41,510 nt of DNA from a virus (IMGVR_UViG_3300017766_002123:1-41510); one strand, 5' to 3'. Positions 28,561 to 37,423 are shown, counted from the first letter of the stretch. A program made the numbers and translations. The notes: generated from the sequence alone by a model not told the origin.

Positions 28561-29534
28561 TTTTAGAAAACGGACACTCGGACAAATACCTGCAAGACTA
28601 TAAAAATGGTTTAATACCACAAGGACTTGGGTTAGACATCTATTTAGATGATTATTTAAGATTCAAGCGTGGTCAACTAAATTTCATTTTAGGACACGAC
28701 AACGTAGGTAAATCCTATTGGGTACTATGGTACTTTCTTGCTTTAGCGGTTAAGCACGATTTAAAGTTTACATTGTTTATGGACGAAAACTCTGTACAAA
28801 CAATAATGAGAGATTTAGTTAGAATGTATTTAGGAAAAAAAATACAAGATTCTTCTGATAAAGAATTAGCAATAGCAATAACTAAAATAGAAAATCATTT
28901 TTCATTTGTTAGCAACTTGCAGAGATATACTCCTGAAGAATTGTTAGAGATTTTTAAAAGTAAAAAATCAGATGCTTATTTAATTGATCCATTTAACGGA
29001 TTAAAAACTGCTTTAAGTTACTCATCAAACTATGATGTATTAAACGATTTAAAAATGTTCTGTAAGCAAAATAATGCTACAATTTACATAAACGCACATC
29101 CTTCTACAGCATCAGGTAGAAGACAAGCAAATTACGAAAAAGGACATACTTGGGAAGGACACGTAACACCACCTATGAAAGATGATATTGAAGGTGGAAA
29201 AAGTTTTTCAAACAAGGCAGATGATTTTATAATTATCCATAGGCTTATTTCTCACGAAACAATGAATACCACAACACTTGTAGATATAAGAAAAGTAAAA
29301 GATACAGATAGTGGTGGTAAACAAACAATCCTAAACCAAAGTATCTATTTTGATTTTAACTATGGAAACGGATTCAAATGCGGTGGTATAGACCCAATCG
29401 TTAGACCTTTTGAAAAAAAGAATTACGTTCAAGAACAAATTAAGTACGAACCAGTCAATTTAACAAAAATAGGTATGGAAGTAAACCATTACTATGAACC
29501 TAAAATTGTTGAAGATGATGATATGCCTTTTTAA
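28557..29534 (+). CDS. DnaB/RecA-family replicative helicase
   Basis: Walker A GHDNVGKS, Walker B YLIDPFN, NAHP, NKADDFIIIHR. Confidence 0.85.
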   Translation: MILENGHSDKYLQDYKNGLIPQGLGLDIYLDDYLRFKRGQLNFILGHDNVGKSYWVLWYFLALAVKHDLKFTLFMDENSVQTIMRDLVRMYLGKKIQDSSDKELAIAITKIENHFSFVSNLQRYTPEELLEIFKSKKSDAYLIDPFNGLKTALSYSSNYDVLNDLKMFCKQNNATIYINAHPSTASGRRQANYEKGHTWEGHVTPPMKDDIEGGKSFSNKADDFIIIHRLISHETMNTTTLVDIRKVKDTDSGGKQTILNQSIYFDFNYGNGFKCGGIDPIVRPFEKKNYVQEQIKYEPVNLTKIGMEVNHYYEPKIVEDDDMPF

Positions 29535-29537
29535 TCT

Positions 29538-29891
29538 ATGAATAGTTTAGATATATTAGTTGCTCGTCAACAAGTAAACATAGTACACGATAAGATAGCG
29601 TTAAGCCTATCAGAAATCGTTTCTAAGCGACCTGATAGGACTGACCTAATAGAAAGTATGTCCGAGAGTAAAAAAGACCTTCAAAACGCATCTATTGTCT
29701 TCTTCGAGTTAGAACGTGAATTTATACAATCAAGAATGTTGACCCAAAGTATGGTAACAGAAAACTTAAAACTTCTTAAACAGATTAGTGAAATGGAAGA
29801 TTTAACAAGTAAATGTGATAAATTAGAGGACGAGTTAATGAAACTTGCATCAGAAAATGAATTGTTAAAGAAAAGATTAAGTAATTTCTAA
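29538..29891 (+). CDS. Coiled-coil hypothetical protein
   Basis: Heptad-rich C-terminus. Confidence 0.65.
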   Translation: MNSLDILVARQQVNIVHDKIALSLSEIVSKRPDRTDLIESMSESKKDLQNASIVFFELEREFIQSRMLTQSMVTENLKLLKQISEMEDLTSKCDKLEDELMKLASENELLKKRLSNF

Positions 29892-30118
29892 TGAAAAAGA
29901 GAAAGAATCGCCCCAGCGGACTCAAGTACAATGTAGTGGCAACTGAAAGAAACAGACCTTTTAATCTCAAGTACAAAATAGAATATATCAAGTGTTTCAG
30001 GTGTGAAAAGATGAAGAACAAGAATACTACTCTATTACTTAAATGGGGTAGGTCTTTCTTTGTTATTTGTAAGCCTTGTAATAACAAGTACAGATTAATG
30101 CCAAATAGAATAAAATAA
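29891..30118 (+). CDS. Small basic CxxC/CxxC protein
   Basis: CFRC and CKPC; TAATG coupling. Confidence 0.5.
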   Translation: MKKRKNRPSGLKYNVVATERNRPFNLKYKIEYIKCFRCEKMKNKNTTLLLKWGRSFFVICKPCNNKYRLMPNRIK

Positions 30119-30178
30119 TTAAGTGTAAATTTGCACAATTAAAATTAATGATTACTTTTACCGAAAAATTTAAAGATT

Positions 30179-30361
30179 ATGGAAGAATTAAAAACAAAGA
30201 TTGACGAATTAAGGTCAACGCTAACTGGAGATTTGTTTGCTGATATGGAAACACAGCAAGAAATTTATGAGTTAAAGAAGCAATTGTCTGCTTTGCAAGG
30301 CATTACGATAGAAGAATACGAAGCAAATGATGATTATTTTTGCGAAAATTGCGGTAGTTAA
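30179..30361 (+). CDS. Small acidic protein ending in CENCGS
   Basis: 60-aa ORF with a C-terminal CxxC. Confidence 0.65.
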   Translation: MEELKTKIDELRSTLTGDLFADMETQQEIYELKKQLSALQGITIEEYEANDDYFCENCGS

Positions 30362-30378
30362 TTAAAAAAAAAAGGAAA

Positions 30379-30828
30379 ATGAAGAAAGTAATTTTAACAG
30401 TAGCAACAATACTAACAGTAGGTTTAGTAAACGCACAATGGACAAAAAAGAATGTTAACAATGGTTTGGACGAACCTTACAAAGTTTGTTACACAGAAAC
30501 GAATAACAATGGTTTTCTAAAATTAGAAGGCGATGGTATAAGAGTTTCTTTTTATGTAGCAGGGAGTTATTATTGCGAAGATTCCCCATTAGTTGACATA
30601 TCTTTTTTGGTAAATGGTAAGTGGCAAAGGCATTCAGTTTGGGGCAATAAAAGTACCGATAGCAAAGTAGTATTTTTATCATTTGATTTAGAAAGCGAGG
30701 AATACTTCAAAGACTTTTTGAATGCAACAAGTGTAAAACTTAGAGTAAACGAAACTTATTGCACTTCTGAAATTTACCAATTCAATATGGCAGGTAGCAC
30801 ATCAGCATTTAAATTTATAAACAATTAA
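30379..30828 (+). CDS. Exported protein with signal peptide
   Basis: MKKVILTVATILTVGLVNA|QW: SPI signal with +1 Gln, typical of Bacteroidota. Confidence 0.75.
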   Translation: MKKVILTVATILTVGLVNAQWTKKNVNNGLDEPYKVCYTETNNNGFLKLEGDGIRVSFYVAGSYYCEDSPLVDISFLVNGKWQRHSVWGNKSTDSKVVFLSFDLESEEYFKDFLNATSVKLRVNETYCTSEIYQFNMAGSTSAFKFINN

Positions 30829-30829
30829 A

Positions 30830-31921
30830 ATGATTAAAGTAGGATCAGATTTTAGCGGAGTTGGTGCATTTAATCAAGCACTTAATAGATTAGGATTAGA
30901 ATATGATGAATTATTTGCTTGTGATATGGATAAATATGCAAGACAAACTTTTATTCATAATTATGGAGAGCCAAAATATTATCCTCAAAATGTATATGAA
31001 CGTGAAATTCCTGAAGAAAGTCTTGATATTTATATGACATCTCCGCCTTGTCAGGCATTTAGTGTTGCAGGTAAAAGATTAGGCAAAGATGATAAAAGAG
31101 GTATATTGTTTTTCAATTCTTATGAATTTATAGAAAAAAATAAACCAAGGTATTTTATATTTGAAAATGTAAGAGGATTATTATCTGATGATAATGGTAA
31201 AACATTTTCTGAATGGGTAAATATGCTTGGTGGAAAATCTGTTAATGGGTTGCCAATATTGTTTGCTTATGAAGAATCAGTACCATATCATTTGTATTGG
31301 AAAGTTCTAAATGCAAAAGACTATGGAGTTCCACAAAATAGAGAAAGAGTTTTTTTAGTTGGTATTCGTGATGATGCTGACAACAACTTTAGATTTCCAG
31401 TTGAAGTTCCATTAAATAAGAAATTAATTGATATACTGGAGAAAAATGTTGATGATAAGTATTTATTGTCTGAAACAATGATTAAAGGTTTCCTGAATAA
31501 AAAAGAGGTATTTGCCAAACAATTTAAACAGAGTTCAGTAGATGATGAATATTTAAAATGCATTACAACTGCACCAACTAATAAGGTAACTTGCAACTTT
31601 ATTAAGGTAAGATCAGCAACATCAAAAGGATATGAATTAGCAACTAATGAAGACAGTATAAATTATCAGCAAATTAAATCAAATACACGCAGAGGTAGGG
31701 TAGGTAAGCAGGTTGCACAAACTTTAGATACTAAATGTGAGCAGGGAGTGTTAACAGAAAATTATAGATTAAGAAAATTAACACCAAGGGAGTGTTTTAG
31801 ATTGATGGACTTTCCTGATACATTTACTTGGAATGTAAGTGATTCACAAGCATACAAACAAGCAGGAAACTCAATTGTAGTAGGTGTTTTAGCAAAAATT
31901 ATAGAAAAATTAAAATTATGA
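30830..31921 (+). CDS. C5 cytosine DNA methyltransferase
   Basis: Motifs FSGVG, SPPCQAFS, ENV, QNRERVF, LTPREC.RL, GNS. Confidence 0.95.
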   Translation: MIKVGSDFSGVGAFNQALNRLGLEYDELFACDMDKYARQTFIHNYGEPKYYPQNVYEREIPEESLDIYMTSPPCQAFSVAGKRLGKDDKRGILFFNSYEFIEKNKPRYFIFENVRGLLSDDNGKTFSEWVNMLGGKSVNGLPILFAYEESVPYHLYWKVLNAKDYGVPQNRERVFLVGIRDDADNNFRFPVEVPLNKKLIDILEKNVDDKYLLSETMIKGFLNKKEVFAKQFKQSSVDDEYLKCITTAPTNKVTCNFIKVRSATSKGYELATNEDSINYQQIKSNTRRGRVGKQVAQTLDTKCEQGVLTENYRLRKLTPRECFRLMDFPDTFTWNVSDSQAYKQAGNSIVVGVLAKIIEKLKL

Positions 31922-32067
31922 AACAGGTAGTATTGACAATTACAGAAGACGAAGAAGGATTTATGGATGTAGAACTTGATTTAGGTGGATATAATACTTT
32001 TGAAGCATTAGACATCATTAAAGAGGTTCAGCAGGGATTAATGGAAGAACAGATTAGATTAAATTAA
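31918..32067 (+). CDS. Small acidic protein (49 aa, MKQVVLTITEDEEG...), not in ORF track
   Basis: ATGA and TAATG coupling on both sides. Confidence 0.65.
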   Translation: MKQVVLTITEDEEGFMDVELDLGGYNTFEALDIIKEVQQGLMEEQIRLN

Positions 32068-32318
32068 TGCTATCTAAAAAACAGATTACATACATTAAAG
32101 GCTATTTGTTCAAGAAGATTGCAGATAGCCTTGATTTATCAGTCAAAGAAGTCGATAGAGAGATTAAAAACAGGTTAGGCATAGAAAGTATCTCCCAATT
32201 GGACAACGATGGCTATATGGAAGTTTGCGTTTATTGTTTTAAATTAGGAGACGAATTAGGACTTGATTTAAACTTTAAAGATAATGACTGGAATAAAATC
32301 TATGACAAAGAAGTGTAA
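32067..32318 (+). CDS. Hypothetical protein (possibly NinB-like)
   Basis: Lies next to ninG; resemblance is weak. Confidence 0.55.
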   Translation: MLSKKQITYIKGYLFKKIADSLDLSVKEVDREIKNRLGIESISQLDNDGYMEVCVYCFKLGDELGLDLNFKDNDWNKIYDKEV

Positions 32319-32838
32319 AGGTTGTGGCGAAAAATTTCAACCTTACAATACTTTACAGAAATATTGCTCAAAACCTGAATGTATAAAAGTTTGGGTAGAT
32401 ACCGAAAAACAAAAACAATGGAATAAGAGAAAGTCTGAAATGAAAAAAGACTTGATGTCCTTGCAAGACTATATTAAGATTGCTCAAACTCATTTTAACC
32501 ATTTTATCAGGTTAAGAGATTCAGGAAATGATTGCATTAGTTGTGGTAAAAAAATATCTAATACAGAAACAGTACACGCATCACACTACAAACCTGCAGG
32601 AACTTGCTATAACGTAAGATTCAATGAAGATAATGTTTGGGTTTCTTGTGTCAAATGCAATACTCATCTTTCAGGGAATATCTCTGAATATAGAACAAGA
32701 TTAGTAAATAAGATAGGATCAGAAAGAGTAGAAGAAGTAGAGAGATTATCCAGTATCACAAGAAAGTTTACCAAAGAAGAACTGGTTGAAATTGCAAATA
32801 TTTACAAGAAAAAAGTAAAACAATTAAAAAATAATTAA
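32302..32838 (+). CDS. ninG: NinG/Rap-family junction endonuclease
   Basis: CKGC...YCS..C; FNHFIRLRD...CISCG...ASHY...RFNEDN....CVKCN.HLSGN. Confidence 0.9.
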   Translation: MTKKCKGCGEKFQPYNTLQKYCSKPECIKVWVDTEKQKQWNKRKSEMKKDLMSLQDYIKIAQTHFNHFIRLRDSGNDCISCGKKISNTETVHASHYKPAGTCYNVRFNEDNVWVSCVKCNTHLSGNISEYRTRLVNKIGSERVEEVERLSSITRKFTKEELVEIANIYKKKVKQLKNN

Positions 32839-32845
32839 TCTATTG

Positions 32846-32875
32846 TTTGTTCTTAAATATAATTGTGTATATTTG
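32846..32875 (+). promoter_or_regulatory. Promoter TTTG-18-TATATTTG
   Basis: Shares ATTGTGTATATTTGCAT with the promoter at 34162. Confidence 0.75.
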
Positions 32876-32899
32876 CATTATATTTAAAAGAAAGCAATT

Positions 32900-33178
32900 A
32901 TGGATTATTCAAAAGCAATTATCGGAGTATTGTCAGGAGTAACAAGTTCCGAACATTCAAATCAAGAATCAGAAGAAGTATCTAAAGTAGTTGAAGATAT
33001 TTTCAATCAGTTAGAGCTAAAGTGTAAAGTATCTCAAAAAGACGATATTTTAATAAAATACCAAGAGGTATTAGAGTTACGTTCATTAATACGAAATCTA
33101 ACAAGTAATTTGTATTTATCAAAATTAATGAGTAACCACCACAGAGAGCAAGTAATTAAATCCTTAAATCAAATATAA
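32900..33178 (+). CDS. Hypothetical protein (best-matched sRNA target)
   Basis: First gene after the promoter. Confidence 0.65.
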   Translation: MDYSKAIIGVLSGVTSSEHSNQESEEVSKVVEDIFNQLELKCKVSQKDDILIKYQEVLELRSLIRNLTSNLYLSKLMSNHHREQVIKSLNQI

Positions 33179-33375
33179 TGAGCAAACCAAAACAAGTAAC
33201 AATTAAGCTACACGATTACGTAGAAAGTGCGATGATTATTTCTGCAAAAGTAGGTCTTCACAAAGGAGTTGACATCACTACAAAGGTAGGTAGAATAGAA
33301 TATGCTTTAGAAATGTTAAATAAAGCAGTAGAACAAGGTAAAATTAGTATTGGAGATTTAGTAAATTTAAAGTAA
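33178..33375 (+). CDS. Small hypothetical protein
   Basis: Coupled ORF. Confidence 0.6.
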   Translation: MSKPKQVTIKLHDYVESAMIISAKVGLHKGVDITTKVGRIEYALEMLNKAVEQGKISIGDLVNLK

Positions 33376-33376
33376 G

Positions 33377-33925
33377 ATGGAAAATTTAGCAATTAACGAA
33401 GTAGCTTATCTATTAAGCAAGATTCAAAACGAGATTAAAGTACAAAAGAATAACTGGAATGCTTTTGGAAAGTACAAGTATCGTTCAGTAGAAGACATTC
33501 AGGTAGCATTAAAACCTATATTGTTAAAGCACGAAAGTTCAGTGATCCTAACAGATGAATCATTTGAGTTGTGTGGAATACCAGTAGTAAGAGCAAAAGC
33601 AACATTTATTTGTCCTTATGGAGAATTGTCAGTAACAGCAGATGCAGGAGTAGATATTCACAAGAAAGGTATGGATTACGCACAGACATTCGGAGCGAGT
33701 TCATCATACGCACGAAAGTATGCACTTGGTGGGTTACTGTTATTAGATGATAGTGCAGATGCGGATGCTACAGAAAAGCACGATAGAACAGAGATAAAGC
33801 CATTAACTGATGCACAAATTAAGTCTGCAATTGAAAAAGGTACTCAATCAAAGGTATTAGAGGGTAACGGAACAAAATGGTCATTAACAGAAGAACAAAT
33901 AAACTTACTTAATGGAAAAGGGTAG
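33377..33925 (+). CDS. erf: Erf-family ssDNA annealing protein
   Basis: KN..N.FGKYKYRS.EDI and AQ..GASSSYARKYALGGL...DD..DAD. Confidence 0.9.
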   Translation: MENLAINEVAYLLSKIQNEIKVQKNNWNAFGKYKYRSVEDIQVALKPILLKHESSVILTDESFELCGIPVVRAKATFICPYGELSVTADAGVDIHKKGMDYAQTFGASSSYARKYALGGLLLLDDSADADATEKHDRTEIKPLTDAQIKSAIEKGTQSKVLEGNGTKWSLTEEQINLLNGKG

Positions 33926-34097
33926 AATCATTAGCCAATTAGTGTTACTTGACACGTCAGAGTTTAGACATAGAAGTTTTATGAAAAACGGAAAGTACAA
34001 ACACGAACCTGCAAGATACCAATTAGAACTTATGGAGATATACAATAAGTTGTCTGAAGAAAACCTGCAAAAATTATTGGTATTAAGAACAAAATAG
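33912..34097 (+). CDS. Small hypothetical protein
   Basis: Overlaps the end of erf. Confidence 0.55.
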   Translation: MEKGRIISQLVLLDTSEFRHRSFMKNGKYKHEPARYQLELMEIYNKLSEENLQKLLVLRTK

Positions 34098-34098
34098 T

Positions 34099-34151
34099 TT
34101 ATAACAGTCGTATAAGGGAAGTTTTTTAATTTCTCTTATACTTTGTTAGAC
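34099..34151. other. attC-like imperfect palindrome (TAAC...GTTAGAC)
   Basis: TAACA-GTC-GTATAAGGGAAG pairs with TTTCTCTTATAC-TT-TGTTA; ends in a GTTRRRY box. Confidence 0.5.
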
Positions 34152-34175
34152 ATTAAATAATATTGTGTATATTTG
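34142..34175 (+). promoter_or_regulatory. Promoter (TTTG...TATATTTG) for the YqaJ gene
   Basis: TATATTTG 34168-34175; twin of the 32868 box. Confidence 0.7.
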
Positions 34176-34204
34176 CATATAATAAATAATTAAAGAATAA
34201 AGCA

Positions 34205-34825
34205 ATGGTAGAAATCAAGAATTTAGAGCAAAAAAGCCAAGAATGGTTAGAGTACAGATTAGGAAAAATCACAGGTACTCGTTTAAAAGAAGTACTTAAA
34301 ACTGATAACTTACCAGTATTGTATGAAATGATAGCCGAAACTTTATCTAAACAAGTTGAGGAGTTTCCAATGAACAATGCTATGAAGAGAGGAGTTGAGT
34401 TAGAGCCAGTAGCAAGACAGTTATACCAAGATAAAACTGGAGAAATAATAGAAGAAATAGGATTCTGTTTATCTGATGAAAACGATTACCTTGGATTATC
34501 TCCTGATGGATTTACATTAGATAGAACAGGAGCAATTGAGATTAAGTGTCCATCTACAAAAACTCATGTTAAGTATATTTTAGACGACAGAATACCTAAT
34601 GAATATCTCCCTCAAGTTTGTATGTACTTTATTGTGAATACAGAGTTACAATGGTTAGATTTTATTACGTATGATGATAGATGTAAAGAAATACCAATGC
34701 ACATTGTTCATATTACAAGAGAAGAACTTTCTGATAAGATATTTGAGTTTAAAACTAAGATAGACAAGTTCACAGAGAAGTTTGAAAAGTATTATAGTAA
34801 GCTATCAAGTAAAATGTTGTTTTAA
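34205..34825 (+). CDS. YqaJ/lambda-exonuclease family recombination nuclease
   Basis: EQ.S.EW...R.G.ITG, M.RG.ELEP.AR, SPDG, IEIKCP, YLPQV. Confidence 0.92.
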   Translation: MVEIKNLEQKSQEWLEYRLGKITGTRLKEVLKTDNLPVLYEMIAETLSKQVEEFPMNNAMKRGVELEPVARQLYQDKTGEIIEEIGFCLSDENDYLGLSPDGFTLDRTGAIEIKCPSTKTHVKYILDDRIPNEYLPQVCMYFIVNTELQWLDFITYDDRCKEIPMHIVHITREELSDKIFEFKTKIDKFTEKFEKYYSKLSSKMLF

Positions 34826-34952
34826 CGGACGGGTATTGGCTTTCGTTGCCTATGCTCAATTAACCACAAATGATTATTAATAGTAAAAACTTAAATATAT
34901 GAACAAACTTTCAAAAGAACCACAAGGTAATGAAGCTAATACCTTGTTATGC
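34823..34952. other. attC-like site (about 130 bp) containing the start codon of the next gene
   Basis: TAAC overlaps the yqaJ stop; arm 34823-34851 pairs with 34925-34949 with bulged bases; ends GTTATGC. Confidence 0.65.
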
Positions 34953-35156
34953 GTAGGTTTTTCTTTTGTAATGCCGTTTGGTAAATATAAAGGAAGAACT
35001 TTGTTTGAAGTTTCAGAAGAAAATCCAAGTTATATAAAATGGCTTGATGAAAAGAGTATTTACAAAATAGAAGATGATTTGTTAATAAAATGCCTAAGCG
35101 ATACGATGTCGCCTGATTTTGAAGATTTACATTCAGATTGGGGATGTCGTGATTAA
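34899..35156 (+). CDS. MPFGKYKG-motif protein (DUF3820/ExoX C-terminal-like) carried on the cassette
   Basis: MPFGKYKG.......P.YIKWL pattern. Confidence 0.75.
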   Translation: MNKLSKEPQGNEANTLLCVGFSFVMPFGKYKGRTLFEVSEENPSYIKWLDEKSIYKIEDDLLIKCLSDTMSPDFEDLHSDWGCRD

Positions 35157-35169
35157 ACTTACGCCTAAC
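34946..35169 (+). mobile_element. Integron-like gene cassette (R' to R'')
   Basis: GTTATGCGTAGGTTT (34946-34960) and AAACTTACGCCTAAC (35155-35169) are a 13/15 inverted match; GCCTAAC fits RYYYAAC. Confidence 0.6.
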
Positions 35170-35228
35170 TAATGGCTAATAGCCATATGTCGCATATACA
35201 ACAAATAAACAAGTAAAAAAGTAAAATT

Positions 35229-35387
35229 ATGACAGTAGTAGAATGGTTAGTAGAAGAAATAAATAAACTAACTGGATTGCAAATTCGAATGGACGAACCA
35301 ATAATTGAAAAAGCAAAAGAAATGGAAAAGCAACAACTTGAAAAAGTTTATCAGGAAGCATTAAGAGAAATATCAAAAAAAGATTAG
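35229..35387 (+). CDS. Small protein (52 aa, MTVVEWL...AKEMEKQQ), not in ORF track
   Basis: Open frame on the coding strand; pattern resembles small Bacteroidota phage proteins. Confidence 0.7.
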   Translation: MTVVEWLVEEINKLTGLQIRMDEPIIEKAKEMEKQQLEKVYQEALREISKKD

Positions 35388-35388
35388 T

Positions 35389-35475
35389 ATGGAAAGATTG
35401 GAAGATATATACCACGAAAGTTTCACAGAGGAACAAATAGAACAAGAGTATTATAATTATTTAAATCAAGAATAA
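35389..35475 (+). CDS. Tiny acidic protein (28 aa), not in ORF track
   Basis: Fills the gap; TAATG coupling. Confidence 0.5.
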   Translation: MERLEDIYHESFTEEQIEQEYYNYLNQE

Positions 35476-35705
35476 TGGAATCAGATAAAGAATTATTAAG
35501 ACAAGGTAATTACCGAGAAGCATTAGGAGATAATTATACCGACAAACCAATATACGTAATGTTATTCAAAGGTCAGGAATTTGTAGATCAACTGGACGAA
35601 AGGTTTACCACCAAAAAAGAAGCGGTAGAATGGCTACAAGCAAACAAGACACTAAAGACTGGAGAAACTTATGCTTTAGGTAATATTAATAGTGAATGGT
35701 TATGA
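35475..35705 (+). CDS. Hypothetical protein
   Basis: Coupled ORF. Confidence 0.6.
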   Translation: MESDKELLRQGNYREALGDNYTDKPIYVMLFKGQEFVDQLDERFTTKKEAVEWLQANKTLKTGETYALGNINSEWL

Positions 35706-36043
35706 GATTATTAGTTTTATCAATATTAGTGTACACTCTCTCCAGTTGGGAGTGTACCTATTACGGAAAAGAATTTGATGCTACTTGGTATTCTCTCGAT
35801 GGTAATTATACAAAATCAGGAGAAATATTTGATTCAAACAGAATGACTGGAGCAAGTAACCATTTTAAATTAGGCACAAAACTAAAGGTAATTAATATAG
35901 AGAATGGTAAGAGTGTAATAGTTAAGATAAATGATACTGGTTCATTTAAGACAAAAACAATTGATTTAAGCAAAAAAGCATTTGAAAAAATCGCTAACCT
36001 TAAACAAGGAAGAATAAAAATATTTGTAAAACGAATTAAATAA
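35702..36043 (+). CDS. rlpA: RlpA-like double-psi beta-barrel lytic transglycosylase with signal/anchor
   Basis: ATWY...T.SGE.FD...MT.AS...LGT.LKV.N..NGKSV.V.IND.G....IDLS..AF. Confidence 0.88.
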   Translation: MRLLVLSILVYTLSSWECTYYGKEFDATWYSLDGNYTKSGEIFDSNRMTGASNHFKLGTKLKVINIENGKSVIVKINDTGSFKTKTIDLSKKAFEKIANLKQGRIKIFVKRIK

Positions 36044-36052
36044 TATAAAATT

Positions 36053-36697
36053 ATGAGTAAGGTAGAGTTGATTAGTGTATGGGGAGACGACAACACAGTA
36101 TGCGATTGTGCAAGAGTATCGTTTAATAAACGTGCTGAAAATTATTCAAAAGAAAACAATGAAAAATTAATCAATTATTTGGTTAAACATAAACATACAT
36201 CAGTATTTAGACACCCACAAGTACAATTTAGAATAGTTTGTCCAATCTATGTAGAAAGACAATTATTCAAACATCAGGTAGGAATGAGTGCAAATAGTAT
36301 AAGCGGTAGGTACGTAGATTTTTCAGATACCTATACTTTGGTTAAAGAATGGAGAACTCAAAGTACAGATAGCAAACAAGGAAGTGCAGAACCATTAGAT
36401 TTCTATGGTCAAGAGGAATGCAATATAATCGAACATAATATTGTTGAAGCGTGTAAGAAAGCATATAAAGATTTAATTGATTTAGGTGTAAGCAAAGAAC
36501 AAGCAAGAACCATATTACCTTTAAACTTAAACACACAATTCATTTGGACTGGTAGCCTATTATCATTCATTCATATGTTCAAATTAAGGCTAAAATCAGA
36601 TGCACAGGCAGAAACTCGTGAAGTAGCAGAACTTATGTTAGAGCAATTGAAAGAAAATGGTAATTTTGAACATTCACTAAAATCATTTGAATTATGA
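36053..36697 (+). CDS. thyX: FAD-dependent thymidylate synthase
   Basis: ARVSF, H.SVF.H, RQL.KH, SISGRY, EQAR..LP, LR...AQ.E.R. Confidence 0.93.
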   Translation: MSKVELISVWGDDNTVCDCARVSFNKRAENYSKENNEKLINYLVKHKHTSVFRHPQVQFRIVCPIYVERQLFKHQVGMSANSISGRYVDFSDTYTLVKEWRTQSTDSKQGSAEPLDFYGQEECNIIEHNIVEACKKAYKDLIDLGVSKEQARTILPLNLNTQFIWTGSLLSFIHMFKLRLKSDAQAETREVAELMLEQLKENGNFEHSLKSFEL

Positions 36698-37065
36698 CAC
36701 TTTCTCAAGACCTGATGAACGATATATCCAAAAATGTTCAAAGTACGCTTAAATCAAAGAAAAAGCGTATAAAAACAGATTTCTCACGATATTCTACTGA
36801 AAGATTAAAGATAGAAATAAAGAAATACGAAGATAATCCAGTAATATTCTTAAAAATCTACTCAATCTTAAAAGTAAGAAGTTACCCTGCTACAATTTGT
36901 CCTAAAGCACAGATACAGTTAGAGAGGGAAAAAGAAAAAAGTATAATTCCAGTACATTATGGGTATAAGAGTGAAGCATACTTTACAGAAGAAGAAATGA
37001 TAAACGGATTCCAATGTACTTATGAAGATTTATCAGAGAGTGAGAAAGTAATTTTTAATATGTAA
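36694..37065 (+). CDS. Hypothetical protein
   Basis: Coupled ORF. Confidence 0.6.
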   Translation: MTLSQDLMNDISKNVQSTLKSKKKRIKTDFSRYSTERLKIEIKKYEDNPVIFLKIYSILKVRSYPATICPKAQIQLEREKEKSIIPVHYGYKSEAYFTEEEMINGFQCTYEDLSESEKVIFNM

Positions 37066-37069
37066 TAGT

Positions 37070-37423
37070 ATGAAAATAGGAGATGTAATAGGAAGTAATC
37101 AGTTAGAGTTAAAAATTGAAAGCATTAATCAATTAATTGTTGAATTAAATAGTAGGGATAGTATATTTTGGCGACATAAATTATACCCAACTGCTTTTAT
37201 TCTTAATTTGAGTGTAAGAAGGTTACAAATAGAGATTAAGTATGGTAGTTTTTGGCTAACCAGTAAGATTGAATCAAAGAAAAGTTATACACCAAGAAAT
37301 AAGTGTGATTGGTGTAACAAAAGAAAAGTATATTGGAAGTTATATTACATTGGAAAAATGGAAAATGGAAAAAAAGAATATAGAATATGTACTGATTGTA
37401 ATTTTCATTATGATGTGATTTAA
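37070..37423 (+). CDS. Hypothetical protein with C-terminal CxxC/CxxC
   Basis: CDWC...CTDC. Confidence 0.55.
   Translation: MKIGDVIGSNQLELKIESINQLIVELNSRDSIFWRHKLYPTAFILNLSVRRLQIEIKYGSFWLTSKIESKKSYTPRNKCDWCNKRKVYWKLYYIGKMENGKKEYRICTDCNFHYDVI

Noticed and set aside
25599-35156. Lysogeny module (integrase, CI/Cro switch)
   Set aside because: No tyrosine or serine recombinase motifs and no divergent repressor pair recognised.
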